64,000 bases of DNA, from contig JBAZXC010000001.1 of assembly GCA_041660065.1 (NCBI GenBank), positions 392,535-456,534 of the forward strand. Direction: 5' to 3'. Numbering within the stretch: the stretch's first letter is position 1; each line of letters starts with the position of its first letter. This DNA comes from Parcubacteria group bacterium. GTDB taxonomy: Bacteria > Patescibacteriota > Minisyncoccia > Moranbacterales > GCA-2747515. Under the pieces are notes generated by a model. That model had not been told where the DNA came from, made no database searches, and saw only the letters and a program-made list of their open reading frames with translations. The position numbers and the translations under genes were made by a program. Below are positions 8,050 to 18,166 of this stretch, piece after piece.

Positions 8050-9132
8050 ATGCAAGACATCATTGATAAAGTAAAAAAAGAATATCGTGAGATCGGCGAA
8101 GAACTCGCCAATCCGCTCATCGCACAAAACACAGAACGCATGATCGTTCTGAGCAAAAAACAGGCAGAGATGAATGCCGTGATCGCCAAGATCGATGAAT
8201 TCGAACATGTGGTCAATGCCATGAAAGAAAATGCCACGATCATCAATACAGAATCTGATCCGGAACTCACACAAATGGCTGTAGAGGATAATGTTTCTTT
8301 GGCACAAAAAAGCGAACAGCTGGGGAAAGAATTGGAAATACTCCTTTTGCCTGCAGATCCGCGCGACACCAAAAATGTTATCATGGAAATCCGTGCCGGT
8401 GCCGGCGGTGACGAGTCAGGTCTGTTTGCCACTGATTTGTTCCGTATGTATTTGCGTTTTGCCGAGATCAACAACTGGAAAACATCCATCCTCCATTCCA
8501 ACGTCACCGAAGTAGGGGGCTACAAAGAGGTGATTTTTGAGATCGAAGCGCCTGCCGGTGCCACGTCTGTTTACAAGCTCATGAAATATGAGTCCGGCGT
8601 TCACCGCGTACAGCGCGTACCAGAAACAGAAAAGCAAGGTCGCATCCACACATCTACCGCCACAGTCGCCGTTTTGCCGGAAGCAGAAGAGGTGGAGATC
8701 GACGTCAATGAAAAAGACCTCCGTATTGACACATTTGCGTCATCCGGTCCCGGCGGTCAAAGCGTCAATACGACAATGAGTGCGGTACGCATCACACATA
8801 TTCCCACCAATACAGTCGTTTCTTGCCAAGATGAAAAGTCTCAGCATAAAAATAAAGCAAAAGCGATGAAGGTGCTTCGATCGCGCCTCTTGCAACTCGA
8901 AGAAGAAAAATATGCCAAAGAGATCGGCGATGCGCGCCGAACCCAAGTGGGCACTGGTGACCGCAGTGAAAAGATCCGGACATACAATTTCCCGCAGGAC
9001 CGCATCACCGACCATCGCATCAAACAAAGCTGGAGCAATATAGAAAGCGTCCTCAATGGAAATCTCACCAATATTATTCGCGCACTGCAAGAAGAAGACA
9101 TCCGCATCAAACTTGCCAAACAGGCATCATAA
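8050..9132 (+). CDS. prfA: Peptide chain release factor 1
   Basis: [12 protein letters not shown] (PxT), [12 protein letters not shown]. Confidence 0.97.
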   Translation: MQDIIDKVKKEYREIGEELANPLIAQNTERMIVLSKKQAEMNAVIAKIDEFEHVVNAMKENATIINTESDPELTQMAVEDNVSLAQKSEQLGKELEILLLPADPRDTKNVIMEIRAGAGGDESGLFATDLFRMYLRFAEINNWKTSILHSNVTEVGGYKEVIFEIEAPAGATSVYKLMKYESGVHRVQRVPETEKQGRIHTSTATVAVLPEAEEVEIDVNEKDLRIDTFASSGPGGQSVNTTMSAVRITHIPTNTVVSCQDEKSQHKNKAKAMKVLRSRLLQLEEEKYAKEIGDARRTQVGTGDRSEKIRTYNFPQDRITDHRIKQSWSNIESVLNGNLTNIIRALQEEDIRIKLAKQAS

Positions 9133-9151
9133 AACTCTTCGGAGATCTTAC

Positions 9152-9192
9152 AAAAAAACGCTCCTCCCGTTATGGGAAGGAGCGTTTGTTTT
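9152..9192. terminator. Bidirectional terminator
   Basis: AAACGCTCCT...AGGAGCGTTT between convergent genes. Confidence 0.7.
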
Positions 9193-9206
9193 ACGCAGTA
9201 TAAAAC

Positions 9207-9347
9207 CTACACACTCATATGATACATGAGGTTGAAAATCAAAACGATCGCAAGAATGACCACAAGAAAAAGATAGATCACTTCTTGTTTCGATTGAATT
9301 ATCCCGTTTGTTTTTTCGTCCAAAAATGTTCGTAATCGATCAAGCAT
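9207..9347 (-). CDS. 46-aa single-TM small protein
   Basis: MLDRLRTFLDEKTNGIIQSKQEVIYLFLVVILAIVLIFNLMYHMSV; 20 nt downstream of the pilin gene; below the ORF-track cutoff. Confidence 0.55.
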   Translation of the reverse strand: MLDRLRTFLDEKTNGIIQSKQEVIYLFLVVILAIVLIFNLMYHMSV

Positions 9348-9367
9348 ATTTTTTTTATTTTAAAAAA

Positions 9368-9820
9368 TTAAAACCCTGCAAAAACCCTGCACGAAGAACC
9401 ATCTGCCGGCGTCACATCTGTAATAACCTCACATCCGTCTTTTTTGCAACAAAACACTTCAGTGTCATGCGGCGTTGGTGGCACAGCACCATTTGTGCGA
9501 TAAACCGAAAAATAATATTCTCCAGTGCCAGAACTAGATCCTGCCTGCGTAGCATATGCGAAATCCAATTTTGCAAGATCAGACCATTGCGCATCAGAGC
9601 CCTCACAAACAGACCCCTGCAAACCTGGTAAAGATATTTCCTTTTTTACCAATACGCACTCTTCGATCTTTGGAAGTAGCTGACGTGCTTCCGCATAGGC
9701 AGCTGAGCGATTTGCCTTGACCTTTGCTGTGGATAATGCAACCAAAACATTCGCCGCCAACAATCCGATAATTGCCATGATAATTAAAAGCTCAATGAGC
9801 GTAAACCCTTTTTTATGCAT
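9368..9820 (-). CDS. Type IV pilin-like protein
   Basis: Prepilin motif KKG|FTLIEL plus hydrophobic helix; several C-terminal Cys. Confidence 0.9.
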   Translation of the reverse strand: MHKKGFTLIELLIIMAIIGLLAANVLVALSTAKVKANRSAAYAEARQLLPKIEECVLVKKEISLPGLQGSVCEGSDAQWSDLAKLDFAYATQAGSSSGTGEYYFSVYRTNGAVPPTPHDTEVFCCKKDGCEVITDVTPADGSSCRVFAGF

Positions 9821-9868
9821 ACCTTGTCATAAATAATTACTTAAAAAATATCCTTACAAAACATTATA

Positions 9869-11200
9869 TCATACTACATCGTCTCTTGCCCATATACTAT
9901 GATTTTTTCGTAAATGATAAAAAGCGATTGCTCCACACACTGTTCGATATGTGATCAATGCGATAAGAAACACCGTGATCGTCACTGTTTGTGTCACATA
10001 TGCAATGCAAATGATACTTGCATAGGTAATGAATCCAAATACAAATGACAGATTGTACCGTTTATACCCCTTTTGCGATATACTTGATAAGATCCACCCA
10101 TAAAGCGATGCGAAGAAATGCACACCCATATACACCGCACCTAAAAAGATCCATAGCCACACAAAAGGATACCCATTACCATACAGCGCAACAATACAAG
10201 CGATGCCCACTCCGGAAAAAAGAACAACCGGCAAGAACGTACGAATACACATGCGATCAATTTTTGCGATCACCGATTGGATACGATCGGCATGCATACG
10301 CACCGATGGAAAAAACACACTGACAAAAAGTTGTGTGATCCGTGCACCGATCACTACGATTGCCGTAAAATATACCGCATATACACCGGCAGTTTTCACG
10401 CCAAGCACAGCAGCAATGATCAACGTGTCCGCATTTTTGATCACGCCATTGACCACCGCATTAATGAGACCAAACGCATTATAATGGAATACTGTGTTCA
10501 TTTTTTCCACATCCCATGCCTTCACCGTCAACAGGCGACGTGTAGCAATTCCTCCTGCAATAGTAAACGCTCCCCCTGCAATCGTCAGTGCCAATGCATA
10601 ACTTGCAAAAGTACGATCATGCATCCCCCACATAAAGATCACCAAAAAGATCACGACAACGATTCCCTCTCCGAGTCGCAAGATCGCCTGCCACACAAAT
10701 TTTTCATCTGCACGTAAAAATGCGTCCATCATGCGTTTTGTAGAAAATACCACCGCAAAACCCAATGCGTACAAAAAAACACCTTGTGACATCTGTACAA
10801 AATGAAAGAAATGAAAAACACTTTCCGCCAAGAGTGAAAAAACAATGATGTTGATCCCAAACATCAAAAGAATTGATGACATGAGTCCTTTTTTATCTTC
10901 TTTTTTTTCTGAAAGAAAATACAACGCCGATACATCCAGCTCAAGCACATACAATAATGACACGATTTGCGCAATAGAGAAAAATACGGAATACAGCCCA
11001 TATTCCTCTGGACCCAAGACGCGCGCAACAACAACATTGGCAGAAAAAAGCAACGCAAAAGCACCTAACCCGCCCACAATCGATACGGTAAGATTTTTGG
11101 CGAACTGCATTGTTCGTGCTCCCGCATCGCCACCGATCACGATCCTATGGATGACATTGGCGAGTCGATGCATTTTTTCTCTTGTAAACAGTGTATTCAT
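9869..11200 (-). CDS. Oligosaccharide flippase (Wzx-like)
   Basis: Multi-TM, ARVLGPEEYGLY motif, adjacent to a glycosyltransferase. Confidence 0.88.
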   Translation of the reverse strand: MNTLFTREKMHRLANVIHRIVIGGDAGARTMQFAKNLTVSIVGGLGAFALLFSANVVVARVLGPEEYGLYSVFFSIAQIVSLLYVLELDVSALYFLSEKKEDKKGLMSSILLMFGINIIVFSLLAESVFHFFHFVQMSQGVFLYALGFAVVFSTKRMMDAFLRADEKFVWQAILRLGEGIVVVIFLVIFMWGMHDRTFASYALALTIAGGAFTIAGGIATRRLLTVKAWDVEKMNTVFHYNAFGLINAVVNGVIKNADTLIIAAVLGVKTAGVYAVYFTAIVVIGARITQLFVSVFFPSVRMHADRIQSVIAKIDRMCIRTFLPVVLFSGVGIACIVALYGNGYPFVWLWIFLGAVYMGVHFFASLYGWILSSISQKGYKRYNLSFVFGFITYASIICIAYVTQTVTITVFLIALITYRTVCGAIAFYHLRKNHSIWARDDVV

Positions 11201-12462
11201 GTTGTGTGTTTTTTTATCGCTTTATCATATATATCCATGAGACGTGTATAGTATATTTTTTCATTATTGATCGCAGATACGCGTTCGCGTGCTGACACGC
11301 CCATACGTTCACCCAATGACGGATCATCGATAAATTTCTGCATTTTATCCGCAAGATTTGCCGCATCTTCCGACTGAAAAACATACCCGCTCACGCCATC
11401 TTCGATCATCTCCTTTGTGCCTCCAGCATCCGATACAATCACCGGTGTTGTACATGCCATGGATTCCGAGATTGCGATCGGTGAATTGTCATACCACACT
11501 GACGGAAGTACTGCAACCGCCGCCTGTTGCATCAGCATAAACCATTCCCGACTGCCCTTTTGATGAAATCCCGCAAAACTGATCACATCAACCAGTCCCT
11601 CTTTGTGCACAAGATCACGTAATCTATTTTCTTCCGGACCTTTGCCGGCGATCACACAGCGCCATTCACCCAGCGTACCGCGTTCTTTGAGTTTTTGTAT
11701 CGCCGCAATCAATACCGGCAAACCCTTCTCCTGTGCGATCCGCCCCATATACAAGAAGAAATGACTCTTTGGAACGGTTTGCTCGGGATACGACCGAAAA
11801 TTCAACACGTTGCGCAAAATCACGATCTTCTCTGCGGGTATACCATACGTCACACAGATATTTCGCATAAATTCGCTTGGCGCCACAAAGATGTCCACAT
11901 CATCATAAAACCGACGCCATCGATTGACATAACCCTCGATCATACCAACGAAACTTTCACTCCATGAATTGTCAATTGATTTGTTCAAAAAGATTTTGTA
12001 ATATGACCCGTTCTGGCATGAATTATCGATTTTGCCATGGGAAAACAATGTGTAATTTGGACAGATCGCGTGATAATCCGATAATTTAAATACGATTGGC
12101 ACACCGTGTTTTTTGAGTACGCGAAAAATGCCCGGCGTCAAATAATGATAAATATTGTGCACATGGGCAACATCCGGTTTCTTTTTTTGGAGCAAGAGAT
12201 CCAATTTTTTCATTGCTTCACGATTGTAGAGCACGCGTGGCAAAAGCCGTATTTTTTGCCACATATTCTTGGTAGCGCGAATATCGAAATGCTCGGCAAA
12301 ATACACGTTCTCACGCGCATACTCATTATCCGGATCATGCATTGCAAAAACCATCACTTCATGTCCCATTGATTCAAGAAGTTCTTTGGTCTCAAAAAAA
12401 GCCGACACTGACCCGCCACCGCGTTTTTTACTGTAATATTTGTGTATTTGTAATATTTTCAT
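11197..12462 (-). CDS. Glycosyltransferase family 4
   Basis: GRIAQEKG, PSVWYDNSP..ISES, PVIVSDAGG. Confidence 0.92.
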   Translation of the reverse strand: MKILQIHKYYSKKRGGGSVSAFFETKELLESMGHEVMVFAMHDPDNEYARENVYFAEHFDIRATKNMWQKIRLLPRVLYNREAMKKLDLLLQKKKPDVAHVHNIYHYLTPGIFRVLKKHGVPIVFKLSDYHAICPNYTLFSHGKIDNSCQNGSYYKIFLNKSIDNSWSESFVGMIEGYVNRWRRFYDDVDIFVAPSEFMRNICVTYGIPAEKIVILRNVLNFRSYPEQTVPKSHFFLYMGRIAQEKGLPVLIAAIQKLKERGTLGEWRCVIAGKGPEENRLRDLVHKEGLVDVISFAGFHQKGSREWFMLMQQAAVAVLPSVWYDNSPIAISESMACTTPVIVSDAGGTKEMIEDGVSGYVFQSEDAANLADKMQKFIDDPSLGERMGVSARERVSAINNEKIYYTRLMDIYDKAIKKHTT

Positions 12463-12532
12463 ATCTCTATCATCTCATCCATGTTATAATAAAGCAATAT
12501 ACAAAAAAAGTCTAAAAAATAATCCCTCCATT

Positions 12533-13909
12533 ATGAACGATGATCTCTCAATTGCCTCAAAAGAAACCTCCGGCATACTCCTCATAATTGGCCTCGTCAC
12601 CATTCTTCTCGTTCACATCTTTTTTCTCCTTCCCTTTCCCATCACGTGCGGTGTGACAGCGCTTTATGTGCTTGTAATCTTTTTTCTCCATCGACCGCTA
12701 GAAGGATTTTTTGCACTGCTTGTCATACGTGCATCTGTTGATTTTTTGGATACATATTTTTCCGTCTCTTTATCCGAAACCATCACGTTAAATGTTGCGG
12801 CGATCCTCGGTCTGCTTCTCATCGCCATGACATGTGTACTTGCACTTACACATCGCAAAGACCTGTTTCGTCGCCCACTTGTTGTATCATTTGGACTTTT
12901 TATCATTTTCAGCGCAGGAAGTATCTTTTATTCCATTGACCAAGGTGCGACATTTGAAGAAACCTCCCGCATCATCAGTATTTTTGCCGCATTTCTCGGT
13001 ACGCACATCTTGTGCATAAGAGTACCACACGCACGTAAAACACTCATCACAGCGACACTTTTTGCAGCGATTCTCCCGCTGACATTTGCAATTTTTCAAC
13101 TGGCATCCGGTACCGGTTATAGCGACAATACCGGTACAGAAGGACGTCTCTTTGGCACATTCAAACACCCCAACTCTTTTGCATCTTTTCTTTTGGTCGT
13201 GATCGCACTGCTCACGTATCGTGTCTTTGAAACATTATCCCAGCGGTACAACCGCAACACTGCTTTGACACTCCTCGGTGTTACTGTGACCATTCTTCTC
13301 CTCACCTTCAGTCGTGGCGGTTGGTTTGCATTTTTGATCTTTTTTGGACTTTTCGGACTTTTGCGCGCACCAAAAGTGATCTTTGTTATTATTGCGATCG
13401 CAGTCACATTCTTTTTTACATCACAAACTGTTCACGATCGCATTGAGGATATTTACAATCCACCGGCCGACAGTTCGATCCGTTGGCGCATTCAGCAATG
13501 GAAAAATGCTGTTGCCGCGTGGCAGTTATCACCGATCTATGGCTATGGCGCCGGTACGGAAATTGCGATCTTTGAAAAAGAACAGGGCTATTACGCAGGC
13601 AATCCCTACACGCACAATGACATCATCAAAGTACTCCAAGAAACAGGCATCATCGGCACCGGCTTATTTTTACTGCTTCTCGGTGTCACATGCATCCGCT
13701 TGATCAAAACATATCACGCGACCCAAAACGCGAGCGAGCGACTCTTTGTATTGATCATTCTCCTGCTCTTTATCGCACAGATCGGCTTTGGCATGAGTTC
13801 AAACATCTGGCGTGGTACAGCAGTGCAATGGTTTCTCTGGGCACTTATTGCATGTGCGCTTTCATATAATGCACCACGCAAAAACTCACATCAGCTACAC
13901 AAAAATTAA
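12533..13909 (+). CDS. O-antigen ligase / Wzy_C family protein
   Basis: GTF.HPN, TFSRGGW, PIYGYGAG, THND; ATG 12533 preferred. Confidence 0.9.
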   Translation: MNDDLSIASKETSGILLIIGLVTILLVHIFFLLPFPITCGVTALYVLVIFFLHRPLEGFFALLVIRASVDFLDTYFSVSLSETITLNVAAILGLLLIAMTCVLALTHRKDLFRRPLVVSFGLFIIFSAGSIFYSIDQGATFEETSRIISIFAAFLGTHILCIRVPHARKTLITATLFAAILPLTFAIFQLASGTGYSDNTGTEGRLFGTFKHPNSFASFLLVVIALLTYRVFETLSQRYNRNTALTLLGVTVTILLLTFSRGGWFAFLIFFGLFGLLRAPKVIFVIIAIAVTFFFTSQTVHDRIEDIYNPPADSSIRWRIQQWKNAVAAWQLSPIYGYGAGTEIAIFEKEQGYYAGNPYTHNDIIKVLQETGIIGTGLFLLLLGVTCIRLIKTYHATQNASERLFVLIILLLFIAQIGFGMSSNIWRGTAVQWFLWALIACALSYNAPRKNSHQLHKN

Positions 13910-13927
13910 CTCTTTGGTCATACCAAA

Positions 13928-13965
13928 ACGAAAGGAGCAGGTTACAAACCTGCTCCTGCAAAATC
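13928..13965. repeat. 38-bp palindrome-containing direct repeat, copy 1
   Basis: ACGAAAGGAGCAGGTTACAAACCTGCTCCTGCAAAATC; 4 mismatches to 21205-21242. Confidence 0.8.
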
Positions 13966-14023
13966 CCACTGTCCTTCGGACATCTCCCTTTACAAAAGGA
14001 AGAGTCTTCCATGTTTAGCATTT

Positions 14024-14563
14024 CTAATAAGCTGCAACCATTGACAATCGATCGATCTCTTCTTGCAATAAGTCCATGTTCTTTTGGATCATGGTTTTTT
14101 GTTCTTTGGTAATAGTCGGCGCAAAGACCGCTTGCTCCATACTGCGGATGTATTGCCTGATGTACAATGGTGTGTTGCGCGCCTCGTCAAAATACGCCAC
14201 CGTGCGTCCTTGTGGCGGAAAGAACATGTGCACAGAATTATCCTCATCATAATAGATCGTCTCACGATCGATCTGCGCCGCGATCTCATCAAGCGTACGC
14301 AATTGTCGCATGAATTCTTCTTTATCACTGTCAGTCATTTTTGTTTTTACATTCATCAGTAACGCCTGAGATGTCTGCATCTCATTTACCATCGTGTAGA
14401 GACGCGTCATTTTTGCGTGCATGATGTTGTAGTGATCTTGTTGCTCCTCGCGAATGAGAAGTTCACCATACGCCAATCCAGCATTGCACATCAAAAAAAC
14501 GATGTATATGGTACACGCACCTGCAAAAAGTATTCCCGTAATTAAAAGTATTTTTTTCATCAT
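14024..14563 (-). CDS. Hypothetical helical protein with N-terminal TM or signal peptide
   Basis: MMKKILLITGILFAG... start at 14563. Confidence 0.7.
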   Translation of the reverse strand: MMKKILLITGILFAGACTIYIVFLMCNAGLAYGELLIREEQQDHYNIMHAKMTRLYTMVNEMQTSQALLMNVKTKMTDSDKEEFMRQLRTLDEIAAQIDRETIYYDEDNSVHMFFPPQGRTVAYFDEARNTPLYIRQYIRSMEQAVFAPTITKEQKTMIQKNMDLLQEEIDRLSMVAAY

Positions 14564-14615
14564 AATTGATTTGATATATATGCCATTTTTTCTTTTGTAT
14601 TGAGACTTGCACATT

Positions 14616-14687
14616 TGTCATCCTGAACTCGTTTCAGGATCTAGTTAAGCCATACATGCGAGATCCTGAAACAAGTTCAGGATGACA
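14616..14687. repeat. Inverted dimer of a GTCAT-tagged REP-like repeat
   Basis: TGTCATCCTGAACTCGTTTCAGGATCT...AGATCCTGAAACAAGTTCAGGATGACA. Confidence 0.9.
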
Positions 14688-14795
14688 TGGCTATTAGATA
14701 AGCTCTAGCACACATCCATCTTATCAATTTTCTGCTACAAAAGAAAGAAGCCCTGCAAACTGTTATAGTTTACAGGGCTTCGGTTGAGGTCCGTG

Positions 14796-15713
14796 TTACT
14801 TATTCGACACATACGTTTCCGTTTGTGCCGCCCAGAGAGCTCTGAACACATTGTCTACCTTGAGGGTAGCAATGTAGTCGTAGATCCGCGAGCCATCCCC
14901 GTTAAACATCCAACGGGGATTGAGGATCCTGATGTCAATCAGCTCCTGTTCGTACCAAGCAAGCTTGGTGCCGAATCCGCCTTGGAGATATCCGGAGTCC
15001 TTACCCCAGAGGTACCCGAGATTGGCGTTGAATGTGGGAGTCAGTCTCCAATGATTGACATCATCGAGATACCAGTCATAGAGATCTGCCGACCCAAACA
15101 ACACGAATTGACGATTATCGTACGGGTCATACTTCCCCTTAGAGTCATGATAACTAACATTATAAGGATGGATGTAGTGAATCCCCACTTCCCAGAATGG
15201 AAGAAGTTTCTCACCGGCACCGCGCCCTGACTCATCGCCGTAACGCAGACGAGCCTCGATCTGACTCTCGGTCTGCTGTGAGCTAAGCTTGGAATTCCAG
15301 CTATCAGTTTCCTGACGCAGAATACCCAGCTCTGCTTCGGTTTCGCGATGCCTGTCGTGATGATATACACCACTCACGCCACCGCCAACCGTCCTATAGT
15401 CGGAATTAGACCATTGGCCTTTTTTCCGATCATAGGTGTCAGCACTCCCTTCGGTATAAGTCACATACCCTCCAGCATCCAACTTGCCCATACGGAGTGG
15501 ACGGACACGTGCCTTGATGTTTGTGCTCTCACCATGCCGATCCTTATCCCCTCCACCAAATGGTGAGAACTTGGAATGAGTAATGTCGAAAGCGTCCACG
15601 GATTGTATTCCGCGGAATTTCACTTTCGGCTCCGGCGGTTGCTCTTCATCACCAGCATACGCCGATGATGCAATGAGCAAACACATTGCGATCAAACATA
15701 AAAGTTTTTTCAT
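14796..15713 (-). CDS. Secreted beta-rich protein, possible beta-barrel
   Basis: Signal peptide ending SAYA, GGGAGGT SD, repeated alternating hydrophobic/polar strands rich in Gly, Tyr and Trp. Confidence 0.7.
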   Translation of the reverse strand: MKKLLCLIAMCLLIASSAYAGDEEQPPEPKVKFRGIQSVDAFDITHSKFSPFGGGDKDRHGESTNIKARVRPLRMGKLDAGGYVTYTEGSADTYDRKKGQWSNSDYRTVGGGVSGVYHHDRHRETEAELGILRQETDSWNSKLSSQQTESQIEARLRYGDESGRGAGEKLLPFWEVGIHYIHPYNVSYHDSKGKYDPYDNRQFVLFGSADLYDWYLDDVNHWRLTPTFNANLGYLWGKDSGYLQGGFGTKLAWYEQELIDIRILNPRWMFNGDGSRIYDYIATLKVDNVFRALWAAQTETYVSNK

Positions 15714-15718
15714 AATCA

Positions 15719-16366
15719 CTACCTCCCTATTTGTCTTTGATATTCCTTCATAAAATCCCATGTGCTGGCGACTTTGATGACGGCATTGTTTTCCTGTTGT
15801 GCCACTTTAGAAGGCTTTGATACCTTTTGTGGCTTTTCAACAACAGCATCTTTTTTCTCCACCACCTGCACAGTTTTGACAACTGGCGATGGCGAAGGAG
15901 CTAGCGTTTCCGGCTTTGCAATGACAACCTTCTCCGGCGCCCTTGCAATAACCTCTTGCTTTGGCACTGGTGGCGGTTGCACGCGTGGTTGTGCGATCTC
16001 TTGCGAGACTGCACTTCCACGTTGTTCGCCTGCTTCCAGCGTGACGATCTGACGCGTTGCCGCACCGGAACTGTTCACACTGATCGCAAGAGCCGTGATT
16101 GGCACTTCTGTACTTACTGGTGTGATGAGTCGCCACCATGTACGATTTTTTTCATCGTACCCGATGACATCACCTTTCACCGTGTAGCGCACAGATGCAC
16201 TACCGATCTTGCCATTCTTCCACTGCGCTGTATCAGACGACAGGAGCGAACTCCATGCCGACTGCACGACATCAAGACCTTTTAACGTATCTTGCGTCAC
16301 AGTGGCAGCGAGTAGCATGTGTGGCAGAAGCCACACGAGAAAAGATATAACAAGTATTCTTTTCAT
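15719..16366 (-). CDS. Secreted hypothetical protein with Pro/Lys/Val-rich linker
   Basis: Signal peptide, GGAGG SD, tightly spaced with both neighbours. Confidence 0.75.
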   Translation of the reverse strand: MKRILVISFLVWLLPHMLLAATVTQDTLKGLDVVQSAWSSLLSSDTAQWKNGKIGSASVRYTVKGDVIGYDEKNRTWWRLITPVSTEVPITALAISVNSSGAATRQIVTLEAGEQRGSAVSQEIAQPRVQPPPVPKQEVIARAPEKVVIAKPETLAPSPSPVVKTVQVVEKKDAVVEKPQKVSKPSKVAQQENNAVIKVASTWDFMKEYQRQIGR

Positions 16367-16367
16367 T

Positions 16368-17387
16368 CTACATCCCTCCTGTCATGTTTTGAATATGGGC
16401 TTTCTGATACATCCCGAGCAGAAGCTCGAACTGTTCAGAAAAATCCTTCCGTTGACACATACCACGAGCCGTCATCGACTCCCATGCCGTGTCCATAAAC
16501 GACGCAATACTGCCATCCACCATACTTGACAGAGCACCCAGCCCCATCAATCCCGGCGTACCACCAAGTGGCAACCGCAACCGTGACACAAATTTCTGCC
16601 ACGGCGTGATAAGGGGGTTTTTGGCAAGCAATTTCTCCATATCCTCTTCGGACAGGTAACTTGCCACAATTTCCCCATCAGGCAACTTCAACTGATATCC
16701 GATGTCAGAAAGCATCTTCTTGCGAAAAGCCTCCCACTTCGGATCACCGTCGACGACAGCAATCTCTTGCACATCATCAGTGGTCATCACAACCCCGAAA
16801 CCTTCAATACGCTTTTTCCACGTATCGTTGATCACAGGAATTGTCTTGCCAAGTTGCTTCATGAGCTCGATCCGATATTTTGGTTCTTTTTCGAATTTCG
16901 CCCAATCATAGGTTTGCTCATCTACGATCGTGTACTCGTACCCAGGTACGGCACCGATCGGAGACGCCAGCCACACGCCACCATCCTTATTGGTAACTGC
17001 AAAAGCGTATTCACCGCGTAACATATCATCCTTGTCACCAAGGCCAACACACTGCGCAGGGATCATCGCCCACGGATTTTTGTCACCAAATGCCTGACTC
17101 GGCACAGAATAACAAAATCCCTTGACCATCGGTGCATTTTCATCTTTCAATGACACACCGACGAATGGGAATACACCCGAGAATGACTTATCCATCTCGA
17201 CAAGAAATCGCGATGGTACAACACCGGTAAAATTAAAAATTTTACCACCGGCTTTTTCCAGCTGGTCGGGATGCATTACCGTCATCCCTTGCTCTGGTTG
17301 TGTAAGTGCAAAATTTGGCATTTGACTAGCACAGCCAGTCAAAAACAAAAACCCTAAACAAATAGAAATCACTGTGATATTTTTCAT
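16368..17387 (-). CDS. Putative lipoprotein
   Basis: Lipobox LTGC; AAGGAG SD; promoter TTGACT (17549-17544), 17 bp, TAAAAT. Confidence 0.8.
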   Translation of the reverse strand: MKNITVISICLGFLFLTGCASQMPNFALTQPEQGMTVMHPDQLEKAGGKIFNFTGVVPSRFLVEMDKSFSGVFPFVGVSLKDENAPMVKGFCYSVPSQAFGDKNPWAMIPAQCVGLGDKDDMLRGEYAFAVTNKDGGVWLASPIGAVPGYEYTIVDEQTYDWAKFEKEPKYRIELMKQLGKTIPVINDTWKKRIEGFGVVMTTDDVQEIAVVDGDPKWEAFRKKMLSDIGYQLKLPDGEIVASYLSEEDMEKLLAKNPLITPWQKFVSRLRLPLGGTPGLMGLGALSSMVDGSIASFMDTAWESMTARGMCQRKDFSEQFELLLGMYQKAHIQNMTGGM

Positions 17388-17625
17388 GATCCTTCTCCTT
17401 TTATGTAGATTTATAAAATTTTTAAATTAACACGAACCATTGTGACCTGTGTAGATCACGCATAAATACACAATTTTTTCTGTATTTATGCGCCATATCT
17501 CTACAGATTGTTAACCGTTTATTTTATCACAAAATCAAGAAAAAGTCAATAGCTGTGGCAAAAAGAAAAAACCGGGGTAATCCTATTAAGAATTACACCC
17601 GGCTCGTGATCACTGACACTGCTAC

Positions 17626-18042
17626 CTACTTATACAGGTTGGCTGGCACGCTGTAGAGCGGTCCCCTGTTGACTGTGAGATGGTGCCCACTTGGTCCACC
17701 ATCTTCCGATCCATCTTGCCGGAAAGTGTATCCCCGACTTTTCAGCCAGCCAATGGCTGATTCATGGGACGGCAGGTCTCTTGCGCAGTCCAGGTGGATC
17801 ATCCATCCATCTACGTTGGCGAGAGTCTTGACCTTGTATCCGGAACCTTTCTTAATGATTTCGAATGCGTAGTCATAGTCCTGCGCCCATCCGTCTGCGC
17901 GGAACCTTTCACCACACGACAGATTTTCCGTGAATGTGACGTCGGCATTCCTGCTATTTCTTGCAGGCGCCGGTGAGGCACACGCAGAAACGATCAATAC
18001 CGTCAACATCATAAAAAAGAACCCTGTAACTTTTGTCTTCAT
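17626..18042 (-). CDS. Putative lipoprotein
   Basis: Lipobox VSAC from ATG 18042; AAGGAG SD. Confidence 0.75.
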   Translation of the reverse strand: MKTKVTGFFFMMLTVLIVSACASPAPARNSRNADVTFTENLSCGERFRADGWAQDYDYAFEIIKKGSGYKVKTLANVDGWMIHLDCARDLPSHESAIGWLKSRGYTFRQDGSEDGGPSGHHLTVNRGPLYSVPANLYK

Positions 18043-18137
18043 GACATTCTCTCCTTGTTTGTATTTTTTTAATATCATGCCATCATGCGATAGCACAAAA
18101 AAAATTGGTCTGTCATACTTTAATAGCATAACAGACC

Positions 18138-18166
18138 ATTATACACCTTTTTAGAGTCCTTGTCAA
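18138..18166 (-). promoter_or_regulatory. Consensus sigma70 promoter
   Basis: TTGACA (18166-18161), 17 bp, TATAAT (18143-18138). Confidence 0.8.

Noticed and set aside
7779-8507. Long antisense ORFs (also 19302-20114, 24674-25507, 26516-27280, 32222-32920, 60175-60867)
   Set aside because: Shadow frames of well-supported genes on the opposite strand, with no recognisable motifs
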